Origin: Ruminococcaceae bacterium UBA1405
Lineage (GTDB): Bacteria; Bacillota; Clostridia; Oscillospirales; Ruminococcaceae
Reading direction: 5' to 3'
Assembly (NCBI GenBank): GCA_002305685.1
Contig: DBQB01000003.1
Span: 49,254 to 113,253, forward strand
Length of the DNA stretch: 64,000 bases
The notes under the pieces were generated by a model that was given only the letters and a program-made list of their open reading frames with translations, was not told the DNA's origin and did not search any database. How positions within the stretch are numbered: the first letter of the stretch is position 1; each line of letters begins with the position of its first letter. The position numbers were made by a program, and so were the translations under genes. This document shows, in pieces, positions 43,873 through 55,293 of this stretch.

Positions 43873-45873
43873 TTACGAAATATCCGCAAGATCCAGATAC
43901 TGGGAACCGTTTTCCACAATAAAATCCTTGCGTCCCAAAAGGTTATCTCCCATCAGCAGATCAAACATCGCGGCGGTGCGCTCCGCCTCGGCGGGGGTGA
44001 CCCGGATCAGCCGGCGGGTCTCGGGATTCATGGTGGTCAGCCACATCATCTCCGGTTCATTCTCGCCAAGCCCCTTGGAGCGCTGGATGGTATACTTTTT
44101 CTTGGGACCAATCTTTTCCAGAATGGACGCCTTCTCCCCATCGGTATAGGCAAAATAGGTCTGCTCCCCGCAGGTAATCTCATACAGCGGGGACTCAGCA
44201 ATATAAACATATCCCCGCTCAATCAGGGTGGGGGTCAGCCGGTAGAGCATGGTCAACACCAGGGTACGGATATGGAAGCCATCCACATCCGCATCGGTGC
44301 AGATAATCACCTTGCTCCAGCGCAGCGCCGAGAGATCAAAAGAGGACAGATCCTTGTTGGCCTTGGTCTTAACCTCCACCCCGCATCCCAGCACCTTGAT
44401 TAGATCGGTGATGATCTCATTTTTGAAAATTTTGTCGTACTCGGATTTGAGGCAGTTGAGAATCTTTCCCCGGATGGGGATCACCGCCTGAAACTCCGCA
44501 TCCCGTCCCAGTTTGACCGATCCCAGAGCCGAATCGCCCTCCACAATATATACTTCCCGGCGGGAAACATCCTTGCTGCGGCAGTCCACAAACTTCTGCA
44601 CCCGGTTGGAAAGGTCGATGGTGCCGGCCAGCTTCTTTTTCAGATTCTGACGGGTTTTCTCGGCGTTTTCCCGGCTGCGCTTGTTGATCAGCACCTGTTC
44701 GGCGATTTTCTGGGCGTCGTCGGGGTTTTCGATAAAATAGATTTCCAGCTGATGGCGCAAAAATGCGTTCATCGCCTCATAGATAAAGCGGTTGGTGATG
44801 GACTTTTTGGTCTGGTTCTCATAGGAGGTCTGGGTGGAGAAGGAGGAGGAGACCAGCACCAGACACTCGTCCACATCGGCAAAGGTGATTTTGCTCTCCC
44901 CTTTGAGATATTTGTTGCCCTGCTTGAGATAGTTGTCAATCTGATAGACAAAAGCGGCCCGCACCGCCTTCTCCGGGGTGCCGCCGTGTTCCAGATGGGA
45001 GGAATTGTGGTAATATTCCTGGAGCTTCAGCTGGTTGGAAAAACAAACCGCAATGTTCAGTACCACCCGGTATTCCGGCTTATCCTCCCGGTCCCGGCCG
45101 GTTCGCTCGCACTGCCAGTACTGCACCGGCGTGAGCGCCCGGGAAGTTTCCCCGGTCTCCCCCACCAGCTCCTTCACATAATCCACAATGCCATCCTGAT
45201 AGCAGTACTCTGTCTCCTCAAAACCATTTTCCGTCTCATACCGCAGTACCAGCACAACACCGGGATTCACCACCGCCTGACGCTTGAGCACGTCCTCAAA
45301 ATAGCTTTTGGGGATATCGATCTCGGTGAATACCTCCAGATCCGGTTTCCAGCGGATTCTGGTGCCGGTGGATTTATATTTGTAAGGCTCCTGATGCAGT
45401 CCGCCCACATTCTCCCCTTTCTGGAAGGAGAGGGTAAAGCGCTGCCCGTCCCGAAAAATCTCCACATCCATATACTCGGAGGCGTACTGGGTGGCGCACA
45501 GGCCCAAGCCGTTGAGCCCCAGGGAAAATTCATAGTTTCCGCTGCCGGTATCGTATTTTCCTCCGGCATACATCTCGCAGAACACCAGCTCCCAGTTATA
45601 CCGCTGCTCCCGGCTGTTATAATCCACCGGGATTCCGCAGCCATAGTCGGTCACCTCATAAGAGCAGTCCCGGTATTTGGTCAAAATAATCCGGCTGCCG
45701 CGTCCTTCCCGGGCCTCGTCGATGGAGTTGGAGAGAATCTCAAATACCGAGTGCTCACATCCCTCCAGTCCGTCTGAGCCGAATATCACTCCCGGGCGTT
45801 TGCGGACCCTGTCCGCCCCCTTGAGGGAGGATATGCTGTCGTTTGTATATCCGCGGCTGTTTTTCTCTGCCAT
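43873..45873 (-). CDS. Type IIA DNA topoisomerase subunit B (ParE/GyrB-like)
   Basis: LKGADRVRKRPGVIFGS, EILSNSIDEA, YIVEGDSALGS, and a Toprim DxD motif (CTDADVDGFHI). The start is at MAEKNS, which has an AGGAGGAG RBS. Confidence 0.85.
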   Translation of the reverse strand: MAEKNSRGYTNDSISSLKGADRVRKRPGVIFGSDGLEGCEHSVFEILSNSIDEAREGRGSRIILTKYRDCSYEVTDYGCGIPVDYNSREQRYNWELVFCEMYAGGKYDTGSGNYEFSLGLNGLGLCATQYASEYMDVEIFRDGQRFTLSFQKGENVGGLHQEPYKYKSTGTRIRWKPDLEVFTEIDIPKSYFEDVLKRQAVVNPGVVLVLRYETENGFEETEYCYQDGIVDYVKELVGETGETSRALTPVQYWQCERTGRDREDKPEYRVVLNIAVCFSNQLKLQEYYHNSSHLEHGGTPEKAVRAAFVYQIDNYLKQGNKYLKGESKITFADVDECLVLVSSSFSTQTSYENQTKKSITNRFIYEAMNAFLRHQLEIYFIENPDDAQKIAEQVLINKRSRENAEKTRQNLKKKLAGTIDLSNRVQKFVDCRSKDVSRREVYIVEGDSALGSVKLGRDAEFQAVIPIRGKILNCLKSEYDKIFKNEIITDLIKVLGCGVEVKTKANKDLSSFDLSALRWSKVIICTDADVDGFHIRTLVLTMLYRLTPTLIERGYVYIAESPLYEITCGEQTYFAYTDGEKASILEKIGPKKKYTIQRSKGLGENEPEMMWLTTMNPETRRLIRVTPAEAERTAAMFDLLMGDNLLGRKDFIVENGSQYLDLADIS

Positions 45874-46012
45874 GAAGCTCCTCCTTGCTTTCTCTTTTCT
45901 ATCCATTGAAAGAATCATATGTTCTTTTTTAGCAACTGCATCTTCTATTAAACGGTATTATGCCCCGATTGTCAAGCCCTTTGCGGGCCCACCCCTGCGC
46001 TTGGCGGGGGCG

Positions 46013-46054
46013 AAAAAACAAAGCCTTTGCCATAGCACGGCTATGGCAAAGGGC
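46013..46054 (-). terminator. Rho-independent terminator after 46101-46682
   Basis: On the minus strand, GCCCTTTGCCATAGC...GCTATGGCAAAGGC is followed by TTTGTTTTTT. Confidence 0.7.
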
Positions 46055-46100
46055 AGTTTCACGTTTTCTCGATAACCAATATTGACGGGGATAAATCTCT

Positions 46101-46682
46101 TTAAACCAGAGCTTTTCCCCCAGGAACCGGAGGCTGATCCGGACCGGAATTTTGAGGCGGCTGAGGAGCCGGCGGGAAAATGGGGGATGCTGCTTCCGGC
46201 TGTTTCAGCGGCTTCATCATCGGTCCGCTCACGCTTTCTACCGGTTTCTCTGCATCAGGCTGTGGCAACCGGCAAGTATCGTGGGCGGCAGGACCTTTTT
46301 TCGGATCATCCAGACTTAAATGCTCCGGCTCTGCAATCAGTTCTGCATTGGGTTTGGGCCGTGCTTCTCCTTTTGGTCCGACAGGCAGCTTTTTGTCAGG
46401 TTCAGGCGCCGCCCCCTTCCGCTCCACAGGCACCTCTACATCAGGCGCGGGCAGTGCTTGCGTCTCCTCCCGAAGCATTTCCTCACCCTTCACATCCTCT
46501 ACAGAGGGTTGGATGCGTTCATCGGGAAAAGACGTCTCCGAAAAGGACTCCAAAAACGCGGGATAATCTCCGGGGACATCCAGAACGTCGGAGAAAAAAG
46601 AACCGGCGGTTACATTCCGGCTGCATCCCCCGATCACAATGCCGCAGAGCAGCGCTGTGAGAAGGGTACAGAAAATCCACAT
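46101..46682 (-). CDS. Hypothetical Pro-rich lipoprotein
   Basis: MWIFCTLLTALLCGIVIGGCS carries a lipobox-like signal. A Pro/Glu/Ala-rich low-complexity region follows. Confidence 0.55.
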   Translation of the reverse strand: MWIFCTLLTALLCGIVIGGCSRNVTAGSFFSDVLDVPGDYPAFLESFSETSFPDERIQPSVEDVKGEEMLREETQALPAPDVEVPVERKGAAPEPDKKLPVGPKGEARPKPNAELIAEPEHLSLDDPKKGPAAHDTCRLPQPDAEKPVESVSGPMMKPLKQPEAASPIFPPAPQPPQNSGPDQPPVPGGKALV

Positions 46683-46856
46683 ATCGCAACACTCCCATCC
46701 ATAATCGCAGGATACCATCTTCTACCATCACTATATCATATCGTCTATCCCTGGTCAATAATGCCTTTCTGACGGCTTTCATCTGCCTACAAACAGAAAA
46801 AACCGCAAAAGACGCTAGCGCATCTTTTGCGGTCAAACAAAATCTCTAAACAGAAA

Positions 46857-48911
46857 TCAGGGGTTGCTGTCGTCAGTTGCATCATCAGGCAGCTTAGTCT
46901 CCGGGATGGAGGGCTGAGGAATTTCCGGAGAAGGAATATCACTCTGTGGCTGAGAATCTGCGGTTTCCTCCTGCACCGGCGTCTCCTTGTTCTCGACGGA
47001 ATCCGCCGCAGAGGTGGTGTGCTGTGTCTGTTCGCCGGGATTCTTTTCGTCCGGGAGAAACTCCGCGTTGGTTCCGGCAATCAGCTTTCCTTCCATCAGC
47101 GCTTTAAACTCATCCGCCTCGATCTTCTCGTGATCGTACAGATAGTTTGCCACCGTGTGCAGCTGATCCATATGATCGGAGAGGATCTTCTCAGTGCGCT
47201 CATAGGCTACGTCGATGAGCTTACGCACCTCACCGTCAATCTGGAACGCTACATGATCGGAATAGTTCTGGGTCTGGTTAAAATCACGGCCCAAGAAAAT
47301 TTCGCTCTGGCCCGAACCATATACGATGGGGCCCAGCTTTTCGCTAAAGCCATACTTGGTCACCATGCTGCGCGCCAGATCGCTGGCCCGCTCAATATCG
47401 TTGGAAGCGCCGGTGGAGATATCATCCAGCACCAGCTGTTCCGCCACACGGCCGCCCAGCAGCACCACCAGATCCTCCTCCATCTCGCTTTTCCGCCGGT
47501 AGTTGCGGTCCTCAGAGGGCAGCGACATGGTAAATCCTCCTGCCATTCCTCTGGGAATGATGGAAACCTGGTGTACCGGGTCCTGGGTAGGACAATAGTA
47601 GGTGCATACCGCGTGACCGGCTTCGTGGAAAGCGGTGAGGCGTTTGTCTTTGGGAGGCACGACATGGGATTTCTTCTCCGGACCAGCCACCACCTTGATG
47701 GTCGCCTCCTGGATATCCTCCATCACCAGCGCCTTGCGTCCCCGCTTAACCGCCAGCAGCGCGGCCTCGTTGAGCAGGTTTTCCAGATCCGCTCCGGTAA
47801 AACCGGCGGTGGTCTTGGCGATGGTACCCAGATTTACGTCGGGACCGATGGGTTTGTTGCGGGCGTGTACCTTCAAAATGGCCTCCCGTCCCTTGACGTC
47901 GGGATAGGAAACCACCACCTGACGGTCAAACCGGCCAGGGCGCAGCAGCGCCGGGTCCAGAATATCCCGACGGTTGGTGGCGGCGATGACAATAACGCCG
48001 GAGTTGGCGGCAAAACCATCCATCTCCACCAAAAGCTGGTTGAGGGTCTGTTCCCGCTCGTCGTGACCGCCGCCGAGACCGGCGCCGCGGTGACGGCCCA
48101 CCGCATCGATCTCATCGATAAACACAATGCTGGGGGCATTCTTTTTGGCCTGTTCAAACAGATCGCGGACACGGGAAGCACCCACACCCACAAACATCTC
48201 CACAAAATCGGAACCGGAGATGGAGAAAAAGGGAACCCCTGCCTCACCGGCTACCGCCCTTGCCAACAGGGTTTTACCGGTACCGGGAGGGCCCATGAGC
48301 AAAACACCTTTGGGAATCCGGGCGCCCAAATCGTTGAAGCGTTTGGGATCTTTAAGGAATCCCACAACCTCCTCCAGCTCCGCCTTCTCCTCGTCTGCGC
48401 CGGCCACATCGTCAAAGGTCACTCTGCGCCCATCGGACTGAGGTTTAAGCTTTGCCTTGCCGAAGTTCATCACGTTTCCGCCGCCGCCGGTTTGACGCAT
48501 CATAAAAAACCACAGCGCCGCCATCGCCACAATCAGCAGCAACGAAGGAAGCAGCGTCACCCACCAAGGGGTGGATTTGGGGGGAATCCAGTTATAGTTG
48601 ATGCGGTCATCGGGATTAGCGGTATTGTGCTGCTCCACAAACCCCTCGATGTCATCCAAAAACAGGGAAATGTTGGGAACATAGTATTCCACCGGATACG
48701 GCTGTCCTTCCACCTTCATGGAAAGCTGTCCGGTGCTGAAATCCAGGGAGTATTCCTCCACCTTATCCTGCTCGAACAACTTGACTACATCGGAATAGAT
48801 CATCGAGTTGCTCTGGGTATCCATGGTTGAGAACATCATCGCGGCAAAGATGGTCACGACCACCAGCACCGCAATATAGATGCCAAAACCACTGCCTTTC
48901 TTACCTGCCAA
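46857..48911 (-). CDS. ftsH: ATP-dependent zinc metalloprotease FtsH
   Basis: [23 protein letters not shown] and a HEAGHA zinc site. The protein is 684 aa with an acidic C-terminal tail. Confidence 0.9.
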   Translation of the reverse strand: MAGKKGSGFGIYIAVLVVVTIFAAMMFSTMDTQSNSMIYSDVVKLFEQDKVEEYSLDFSTGQLSMKVEGQPYPVEYYVPNISLFLDDIEGFVEQHNTANPDDRINYNWIPPKSTPWWVTLLPSLLLIVAMAALWFFMMRQTGGGGNVMNFGKAKLKPQSDGRRVTFDDVAGADEEKAELEEVVGFLKDPKRFNDLGARIPKGVLLMGPPGTGKTLLARAVAGEAGVPFFSISGSDFVEMFVGVGASRVRDLFEQAKKNAPSIVFIDEIDAVGRHRGAGLGGGHDEREQTLNQLLVEMDGFAANSGVIVIAATNRRDILDPALLRPGRFDRQVVVSYPDVKGREAILKVHARNKPIGPDVNLGTIAKTTAGFTGADLENLLNEAALLAVKRGRKALVMEDIQEATIKVVAGPEKKSHVVPPKDKRLTAFHEAGHAVCTYYCPTQDPVHQVSIIPRGMAGGFTMSLPSEDRNYRRKSEMEEDLVVLLGGRVAEQLVLDDISTGASNDIERASDLARSMVTKYGFSEKLGPIVYGSGQSEIFLGRDFNQTQNYSDHVAFQIDGEVRKLIDVAYERTEKILSDHMDQLHTVANYLYDHEKIEADEFKALMEGKLIAGTNAEFLPDEKNPGEQTQHTTSAADSVENKETPVQEETADSQPQSDIPSPEIPQPSIPETKLPDDATDDSNP

Positions 48912-49012
48912 ATAATTTCACTCCTTTTTGCCCTAACAATCGGGATAGCGTTCTCCGCTGCGGTGCCGGTTGGCGCACAGACGGAAAAAATTGTTGCCAT
49001 GTAAACTTACAT

Positions 49013-51013
49013 TTATTTTTCGTACACTTCCCGCTTGAGAATGCCGATATAGGGAAGGTTGCGGTATTTTTCCGCATAATCCAGTCCATACCCCACCAGA
49101 AATGCGTTGGGGCAGTGGAAACCATAGTAATCCGCGGCAATATCCGCTTTTCTGCACTCCGGTTTATCCAGCAGCGTGGCAATACGGATGCTGTTGGGTT
49201 TGCGCTCGGAGAGAATCTTTTTGAGATAGCTTAGGGTCATACCGCTGTCCAGAATATCCTCCACAATCAGCAGGTCATACCCTTCCAGCTGCAAATCCAG
49301 ATCCTTGAGGATCTTTACCACGCCGGAAGTCTTTACCCCGGAACCATAGCTGGAAACCGACATGAAATCAATCCGGGCAGGGATGGTGATCGCCCGCATC
49401 AGATCCGCCATGAATACCACGGAACCTTTGAGGACGCTGACCAACAGAAGGTTTTTCCCGGCATAATCCCGGCTGATGGCCTCGCCCATCTCTTTTACCT
49501 TCTCCTGAAGCATCTGCTGCGAATAGAGAACCTCCTGAATATCCTGATCCATTTCGGAAAAAACTTGCATTGTCATAGCGCTATCCTCCGTTTTTTCTTC
49601 TGTATCGTGCTGTAAAGGGCAGACAGAGATCTTCAACAACCGCCGGGAATGCTGATCCGGCATCACCCGCCGGTCACAGCCAAAACCTTCCGCCCAAATG
49701 ATTCCCATTTCATCCTCCAAAACCGCCATCTTCCAGCGCTGTGGGGGGGAGATCGCCGCCTGCTGATACAGCTTTTTCAGGGAATGGCTGCCGCTGTGCC
49801 CTACCGGGGTAAAACGGTCTCCATCGCCCTTTTGTCTCAGTTTGACAGTACCATATATTTTATCATAGTCAAGGGTATTTTTTAATACGTTGCCGCCGCT
49901 TTTTTTAAATTTTTCAGTTTGTTCACAAAGGGCAGGAATTTTTTCCTGATTCGGGGTCTGCTGAAGCCGAAAATCATACCGCTTCCCCGCCGCTTCATAT
50001 TGCCATCGCTCCTGATCCGGCGCCAGGGAAAAGGAAAAGAAGGGCTGCTGCTCCTGATGGTATTGCAGCCAAAAACTTTCCCCATTCACCTGTAGGGACA
50101 GCTCTTTCCCCAGCGTCACGCCCCCTTTTCCGCAGATCACCGCCGCTTGGCACAGAGCGAGACGCTTTTGATCGTAGGATAGGCCCGCCTGGGAAAGGAT
50201 TCGGCGCAGCACCCTTCCCTGAAGCGCCGGGTCCAGGACACAGAAATCCGTCCTGGAAAAACCGTTCTTCCAAGTGATATCCTCCAGACAGCGGGAAACC
50301 TGCCGCTCCAGATAGTCTTCATCCAGCCGCAGCAGCTGCGTCATCCGCTCCACCGTCTGTTCCAAAGAAGGGTTGAGCTGCCGCAGCAGCGGAAGGACCT
50401 GATGGCGGATACGGTTGCGGGTATAATCGTCGGACAGGTTGGTACTGTCGGTGACATAGGAGAGCTGCTGGAGCACACAATATTCCTCCACCTGGGCGCG
50501 GGTGCATCCGATGAGAGGACGGACAATCCGCAGCCCCTCATCGCTGTAACGCACCGGCGGAATCCCGCAGATCCCTGCCAGAGCTGTTCCACGGCTAAGC
50601 GAGAGCAGCACCGTCTCCACACTGTCACTGAGGGTATGGGCAGTGGCAATCACGGTAGCACCGGTTTGCTGTGCCAGCTGGACAAAACACTGGTAACGCA
50701 GCTCCCTGGCCCCCTGCTCCACACTCATGTGATGTTCCCGGGCATATCCGGCAGCATCCAGAGAAAAACAGCGAAGGGATAGGCCCAGTTCTTTACATAG
50801 CGCTTCACAAAACCGCTGATCCCGCAGCGCCTCCTCCCCTCGCAGGTTATGGTTGATATGGCAGGGATACAGCTGCAACCCATACTGGGATAGGCTGTGC
50901 AGCAGATGCAGCAGCGTCACCGAATCGGCGCCGCCGGAAAGCCCCACCACCACCCCATCTCCTGGGGAGAACATGGAAAATTGCCGGATACTCTCCTCTA
51001 CCTTATGGCGCAT
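49013..51013 (-). CDS. tilS: Bifunctional tRNA(Ile)-lysidine synthetase fused to hypoxanthine phosphoribosyltransferase (TilS/Hpt)
   Basis: N-terminal PP-loop VVVGLSGGADS. The C-terminal ~180 aa is HPRT-like (LLIVEDILDSGMTLSYL, ...FLVGYGLDYAEKYRNLPYIG). The start at MRHKVEE overlaps the dnaB stop by 11 nt. Confidence 0.85.
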   Translation of the reverse strand: MRHKVEESIRQFSMFSPGDGVVVGLSGGADSVTLLHLLHSLSQYGLQLYPCHINHNLRGEEALRDQRFCEALCKELGLSLRCFSLDAAGYAREHHMSVEQGARELRYQCFVQLAQQTGATVIATAHTLSDSVETVLLSLSRGTALAGICGIPPVRYSDEGLRIVRPLIGCTRAQVEEYCVLQQLSYVTDSTNLSDDYTRNRIRHQVLPLLRQLNPSLEQTVERMTQLLRLDEDYLERQVSRCLEDITWKNGFSRTDFCVLDPALQGRVLRRILSQAGLSYDQKRLALCQAAVICGKGGVTLGKELSLQVNGESFWLQYHQEQQPFFSFSLAPDQERWQYEAAGKRYDFRLQQTPNQEKIPALCEQTEKFKKSGGNVLKNTLDYDKIYGTVKLRQKGDGDRFTPVGHSGSHSLKKLYQQAAISPPQRWKMAVLEDEMGIIWAEGFGCDRRVMPDQHSRRLLKISVCPLQHDTEEKTEDSAMTMQVFSEMDQDIQEVLYSQQMLQEKVKEMGEAISRDYAGKNLLLVSVLKGSVVFMADLMRAITIPARIDFMSVSSYGSGVKTSGVVKILKDLDLQLEGYDLLIVEDILDSGMTLSYLKKILSERKPNSIRIATLLDKPECRKADIAADYYGFHCPNAFLVGYGLDYAEKYRNLPYIGILKREVYEK

Positions 51014-52382
51014 CCCGGAACCGCTCCAATCCACAGAACCGGGTATACCGCCCGTCCCAGCCAATCTTCACCGTACCGGTTTCCCCGTGACGGTTTTTGG
51101 CTACAATACATTCCGCAATATTCTGCTCCGGGGAATCCTGATTGTAGTAGGCGTCCCGGTACAAAAACAACACGATATCCGCGTCCTGCTCGATGGAACC
51201 GGATTCCCGCAAATCCGAGAGCACCGGCCGGTGATCGGCGCGGGAATCGGGCCCGCGGGAGAGCTGGGAGAGGGTAATTACCGGCACATCCAGCTCCTTT
51301 GCCATAATCTTCAGTCCCCGGGTAATCTCGGAAACCTCCTGAACACGGTTTTCTATCCGCCGCCCAGAGGTCATCAGCTGAAGGTAATCGATGATAACCA
51401 GTCCCAGATCCTTGAGACGGCGCAGCCGCGCCTTCATCTCCGGCACGCTGATGCCCGCTGCATCGTCGATATAGATGGGCATGGTGGAAAGATTCTGGGC
51501 AGCGCCCGCCAGACGCACCCAATCGTCCCCCGAAAGGTTGCCGGTACGCATCAGGTTGCCGGTGATGGACCCTTCGCTGGAGAGCATACGCTCCACCAGC
51601 TGTTCCTTGCTCATCTCCAGATTGAAGATAGCCACCTTTTTGTTCTGACGCCGCGCCACATTGGCGGCAATGTTCAGCGCAAAGGCGGATTTTCCCATAG
51701 CGGGACGGGCAGCCACCAAAATCAGATCGCTTTTGTTGAGCCCTGTGAGGATGGTATCCAGGTCGGAAAAACCGGTGGACATTCCCAGATACAGTTCCTT
51801 ATCCTCGCCGGTAAGCTTTTGCAGATGGTCGTAGGTCCCGATGATAATCTCATCGATGCGCTGAAACCCCGAGGCTTCCCGTCCCTGACGGATCTCAAAG
51901 ATCTTCTGTTCCGCCATATCCAAAAGGGCGGACGCGTCCTGCTCCCCGCTCTCGGAAACCGACTGCAAAACCTCTTTGGCTACATTCATCAGGCAGCGCA
52001 GCTGATATTTTTCCTGCACAATGCGGGCATAAGCCTCCACGTTGGAGGTGGTGGGGACAATCTGGGCAATCTGCGCCAGATAAATTCTGGCCGCCTGATC
52101 GGTCTCAAAGACGTTTTCCGCCACCGCCCGGTCCAGTACCGTGACAAAATCGATGGGCTGACCGGCGGAAAACATCGCCACCATGATGGAGAAAAGTTCC
52201 TGGTGCTGACGCCGGTAAAAGCTCTCCGGCCGGATGTATTCCAGCACGGTGGAAAGGCATCCGGAATCGATGAGCACCGCGCCCAGCACCGACTGCTCCG
52301 CCTCCAGATGGTAGGGCATCTGCCGGGAAAACTCCTCCCCCGCATCCAGGTAGGAGGATACCGTTTGGGGCGTATCCGCCAT
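51003..52382 (-). CDS. dnaB: Replicative DNA helicase
   Basis: PYHLEAEQSVLGAVL, Walker A ARPAMGKSAFALN, IIDYLQLM, 459 aa. Confidence 0.9.
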   Translation of the reverse strand: MADTPQTVSSYLDAGEEFSRQMPYHLEAEQSVLGAVLIDSGCLSTVLEYIRPESFYRRQHQELFSIMVAMFSAGQPIDFVTVLDRAVAENVFETDQAARIYLAQIAQIVPTTSNVEAYARIVQEKYQLRCLMNVAKEVLQSVSESGEQDASALLDMAEQKIFEIRQGREASGFQRIDEIIIGTYDHLQKLTGEDKELYLGMSTGFSDLDTILTGLNKSDLILVAARPAMGKSAFALNIAANVARRQNKKVAIFNLEMSKEQLVERMLSSEGSITGNLMRTGNLSGDDWVRLAGAAQNLSTMPIYIDDAAGISVPEMKARLRRLKDLGLVIIDYLQLMTSGRRIENRVQEVSEITRGLKIMAKELDVPVITLSQLSRGPDSRADHRPVLSDLRESGSIEQDADIVLFLYRDAYYNQDSPEQNIAECIVAKNRHGETGTVKIGWDGRYTRFCGLERFRDAP

Positions 52383-52525
52383 GGGCCATGTCTCCTTTCT
52401 CAGCGAAAAAGGGACAAACCGCCCTCAAAGGCCGTTTATCCCTATGTCGGTATATCAAAGTATTCGCCGGCGTCTGACAGCATTGTTGTAGGCAGGGCCT
52501 TCCCCTGTGCCGGCAACATCAAAAT

Positions 52526-52972
52526 TTAGGCTTCGGTTACCATCACGTTTACCTTGGCCGATACGCCGTTATACAGCTTAATCTCCGCGGTGTAGGTGCC
52601 AAAGGACTTGATATCCATCCCCAGCACAATCTTCTTTTTGTCCACCTCAACCTTCAGCTGCTTTTTCAGTTCCTCCGCGATCTCCTTTGCGGTGACCGAA
52701 CCGAACAGCCGTCCGCCGGTACCGGCTTTGGCGGTCATCTTTACGGTCTTTCCCTCCAGAATCTTGGCGGCAGTCTCCGCCTGCTCCCGCTCCATCTGAG
52801 TCCGGTACTGCACCGACGCTTCCTTGGCCTTGAGCACATTGAGATTCTGGGCGGTCGCCTCTATGGCCAAACCTTTCGCCAGAAGAAAATTGCGGGCATA
52901 TCCATCGGAAACCTCGATCAACTGGCCTTTTTTGCCGGAGCCCTTGACGTCCTGTTTCAAAATTACTTTCAT
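52526..52972 (-). CDS. rplI: 50S ribosomal protein L9
   Basis: [36 protein letters not shown], 148 aa. Confidence 0.9.
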   Translation of the reverse strand: MKVILKQDVKGSGKKGQLIEVSDGYARNFLLAKGLAIEATAQNLNVLKAKEASVQYRTQMEREQAETAAKILEGKTVKMTAKAGTGGRLFGSVTAKEIAEELKKQLKVEVDKKKIVLGMDIKSFGTYTAEIKLYNGVSAKVNVMVTEA

Positions 52973-53098
52973 GGGGTTTTCATCCTTTCTCCATCATCCA
53001 TCAAAAATATGCATCCCGCGGCAGCCGACAAAGCCGCCGCCGAACCCATAGGATTCCCTTTTTTTGCGCCGGGACCAGCTCCCGGAAGAAACTGAAAA

Positions 53099-55102
53099 TT
53101 ACGGCTGGCGGCCTCCTCTGGACTGATAAAATTCATCGATGGCAGCGAGCAGCTTTTGGTATGCTTCATCAAAGGTGATTCCGCTCATCTGGGTGGCGGC
53201 CATGGTCTGGTGTCCGCCTCCCCCCAGTCTTTCCATAATCACCTGCACGTTGATCGCGCCCATACTCCTTGCGGAGATGGAAACACCACCGTCGTATTCA
53301 TAGAGGGCAAAGGAAGCGTCCACATCGGTGATGTTGAGCAGCTCATCCGCCGCCTGAGGCGCCACCAACTTGACGTGTTCCAGCGGCTCATTGACGCCGG
53401 CAATGGCACACCGCCGGTAGATCTGGGTGGAGGAGATGATCTTGGTCCGGGAACGGTATTCCTCCATGCTGGTGGAAAACAGTTTGCGTACCTCCACTGT
53501 ATCCGCCCCCATCCGGCGCAGATAGGCCGCCGCCTCAAAGGTTCTCACACCGGCGCGCATGACAAAGTTTTTGGTGTCCAGCATAATGCCGGCCAGCAGC
53601 GCTTCCGCCTCCACACGGGTAATCCGCCGCTTCTCTCCAAAATAAGGGAGCATCTCCGCCACCATCTCAGAAGCGGAGGACGCGTAGGGTTCATGATAGA
53701 AAATCACTGCGTTGTCAATATGATTGACCATCTTGCGGTGATGATCGATGACCACCACCGTCTTGCAGGCGGCATACAGGTCATAGGATTCCACCACATT
53801 TTTCAGATGGGTATCCACCACAATCAGCAGGGTGTTGGGCTGCAAATTGGCCAGCACATCCGCAGGGGAGCGAAACGCCGGGCCATACCCGTTTTCAACC
53901 AGCCGCGCAATCAGCGGCGCCACCAGATGCCTTTTGGGATCGATGGCGATGCAGACCTGTTTGCCCATGGAACGGGCAACCCGGTACATCCCCACCGCAG
54001 CGCCCAGGCTATCCATATCCGCGAACCGGTGCCCCATCACCACCACATGGTCGTGGGATTCCAGCAGTTCCTGCAATGCGGAAGCCACAATTCTCGCCTT
54101 TACCTTGGTACGCTTCTCCACCCCTTTGGAGACTCCGCCGAAAAATTCATAGCCTTCCCGGCTGCGCACCACCGCCTGGTCGCCGCCGCGGCCCAGACAC
54201 ATATCCAGCGCCTGGCGTGCCATCTGTTCCGATTCCATCAGATCCTTTGCCCCGATCCCCACACCGATGGAGAGGGTCGCCGGCATATTGTCGGAAGCGC
54301 TGATGCCGCGCACGCTGTCCAGTACCTCAAAACGCCCTTTGATCATCTTTTCCAGGTACTGTTTTTCTACAATGGCAATATAGCGATCCCGGTCGGTTTT
54401 ATAGATGAACGCTTTGTGGGCGGCACAATACTTTTCGATGATGGTTTCAATCTCCGCAAAGATCTGAGAGCGTTCATTTTCCTTGGCGTTTTGCATCAGC
54501 TCCTCATAGTTATCCACCAAAATGATGGCAACCGAGGGACGGGTGACCTGGTATTCATGGGCCAGGCGTTTGATGGCGGTATCGTCCACAAAATAGAATA
54601 CCTTCAGCCTTTCCTCATGTTTTGCCGCGTTGGAAAAATAGACGGTATATTCCCGCCCGCTGCGGACAATGTTGATCCCTTTTTCGGGACAATCCTGGGT
54701 GTGATCGATGTTTGCCACCTGGGCAATGTTGCCGTCGTACAGATCGTTTCCGCCCAGCACCACATTGCGGAACAGATCGTTATACCAGACAATCTGCCCC
54801 TCGATATCGGTAATGAGCACCGGCAGCGGAAACGCCGTCAAAACCCCGCGCTGGGTATCGGAGAGCAGTTCCCCCATATATCCCAAGAGCTGATGGGTGT
54901 ACTTCTGAGAACGCCGCATACAGATGATCACGACACCCACAGCCAACAAAAACAGCGCCAGCTCCAGATAAAACAGGGGACGATTATAGAAAAAGGTCGC
55001 TGTCGTCATAGCCGCGCAGAGCAGCAACAGCAAGACCAGAGCAGGAGTCACCATTGCGATCCGTTTTTTCACTCCAACCACCTTCCTGACGACGCAGTCC
55101 AC
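53099..55102 (-). CDS. gdpP: GdpP-like DHH/DHHA1 phosphoesterase (cyclic-di-AMP phosphodiesterase family) with N-terminal TM helices
   Basis: Two N-terminal TM segments, VVIDHHRK (DHH) and LGGGGHQTMAA (DHHA1). The gdpP-rplI-dnaB order is conserved. The exact start is uncertain. Confidence 0.8.
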   Translation of the reverse strand: MDCVVRKVVGVKKRIAMVTPALVLLLLLCAAMTTATFFYNRPLFYLELALFLLAVGVVIICMRRSQKYTHQLLGYMGELLSDTQRGVLTAFPLPVLITDIEGQIVWYNDLFRNVVLGGNDLYDGNIAQVANIDHTQDCPEKGINIVRSGREYTVYFSNAAKHEERLKVFYFVDDTAIKRLAHEYQVTRPSVAIILVDNYEELMQNAKENERSQIFAEIETIIEKYCAAHKAFIYKTDRDRYIAIVEKQYLEKMIKGRFEVLDSVRGISASDNMPATLSIGVGIGAKDLMESEQMARQALDMCLGRGGDQAVVRSREGYEFFGGVSKGVEKRTKVKARIVASALQELLESHDHVVVMGHRFADMDSLGAAVGMYRVARSMGKQVCIAIDPKRHLVAPLIARLVENGYGPAFRSPADVLANLQPNTLLIVVDTHLKNVVESYDLYAACKTVVVIDHHRKMVNHIDNAVIFYHEPYASSASEMVAEMLPYFGEKRRITRVEAEALLAGIMLDTKNFVMRAGVRTFEAAAYLRRMGADTVEVRKLFSTSMEEYRSRTKIISSTQIYRRCAIAGVNEPLEHVKLVAPQAADELLNITDVDASFALYEYDGGVSISARSMGAINVQVIMERLGGGGHQTMAATQMSGITFDEAYQKLLAAIDEFYQSRGGRQP

Positions 55103-55293
55103 CGCAAAAAGAATTTTATTTCATTCCAGTGTATTCGTCGTATGTCCCCATTATAATAGATTCTCGGCAAATAAACAACTAAAAATCGTACTTCCATCTT
55201 TTTTCATGGATTTTTTGTAAAAAAAAACGTATTGCACAGACATTTTTCCATTTCAGCAACCTGCCGATTTAAACCATACGGGCGAATTCCGCC

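Noticed and set aside
46827-48830. 667-aa plus-strand ORF opposite ftsH
   Set aside because: FtsH on the minus strand is unambiguous (Walker A, HEAGH). The plus-strand frame is a shadow ORF.
53156-55156. 666-aa plus-strand ORF opposite the gdpP-like gene
   Set aside because: The minus strand carries DHH/DHHA1 motifs and conserved synteny with rplI-dnaB. The plus-strand frame has His/Gly/Arg-rich shadow composition.
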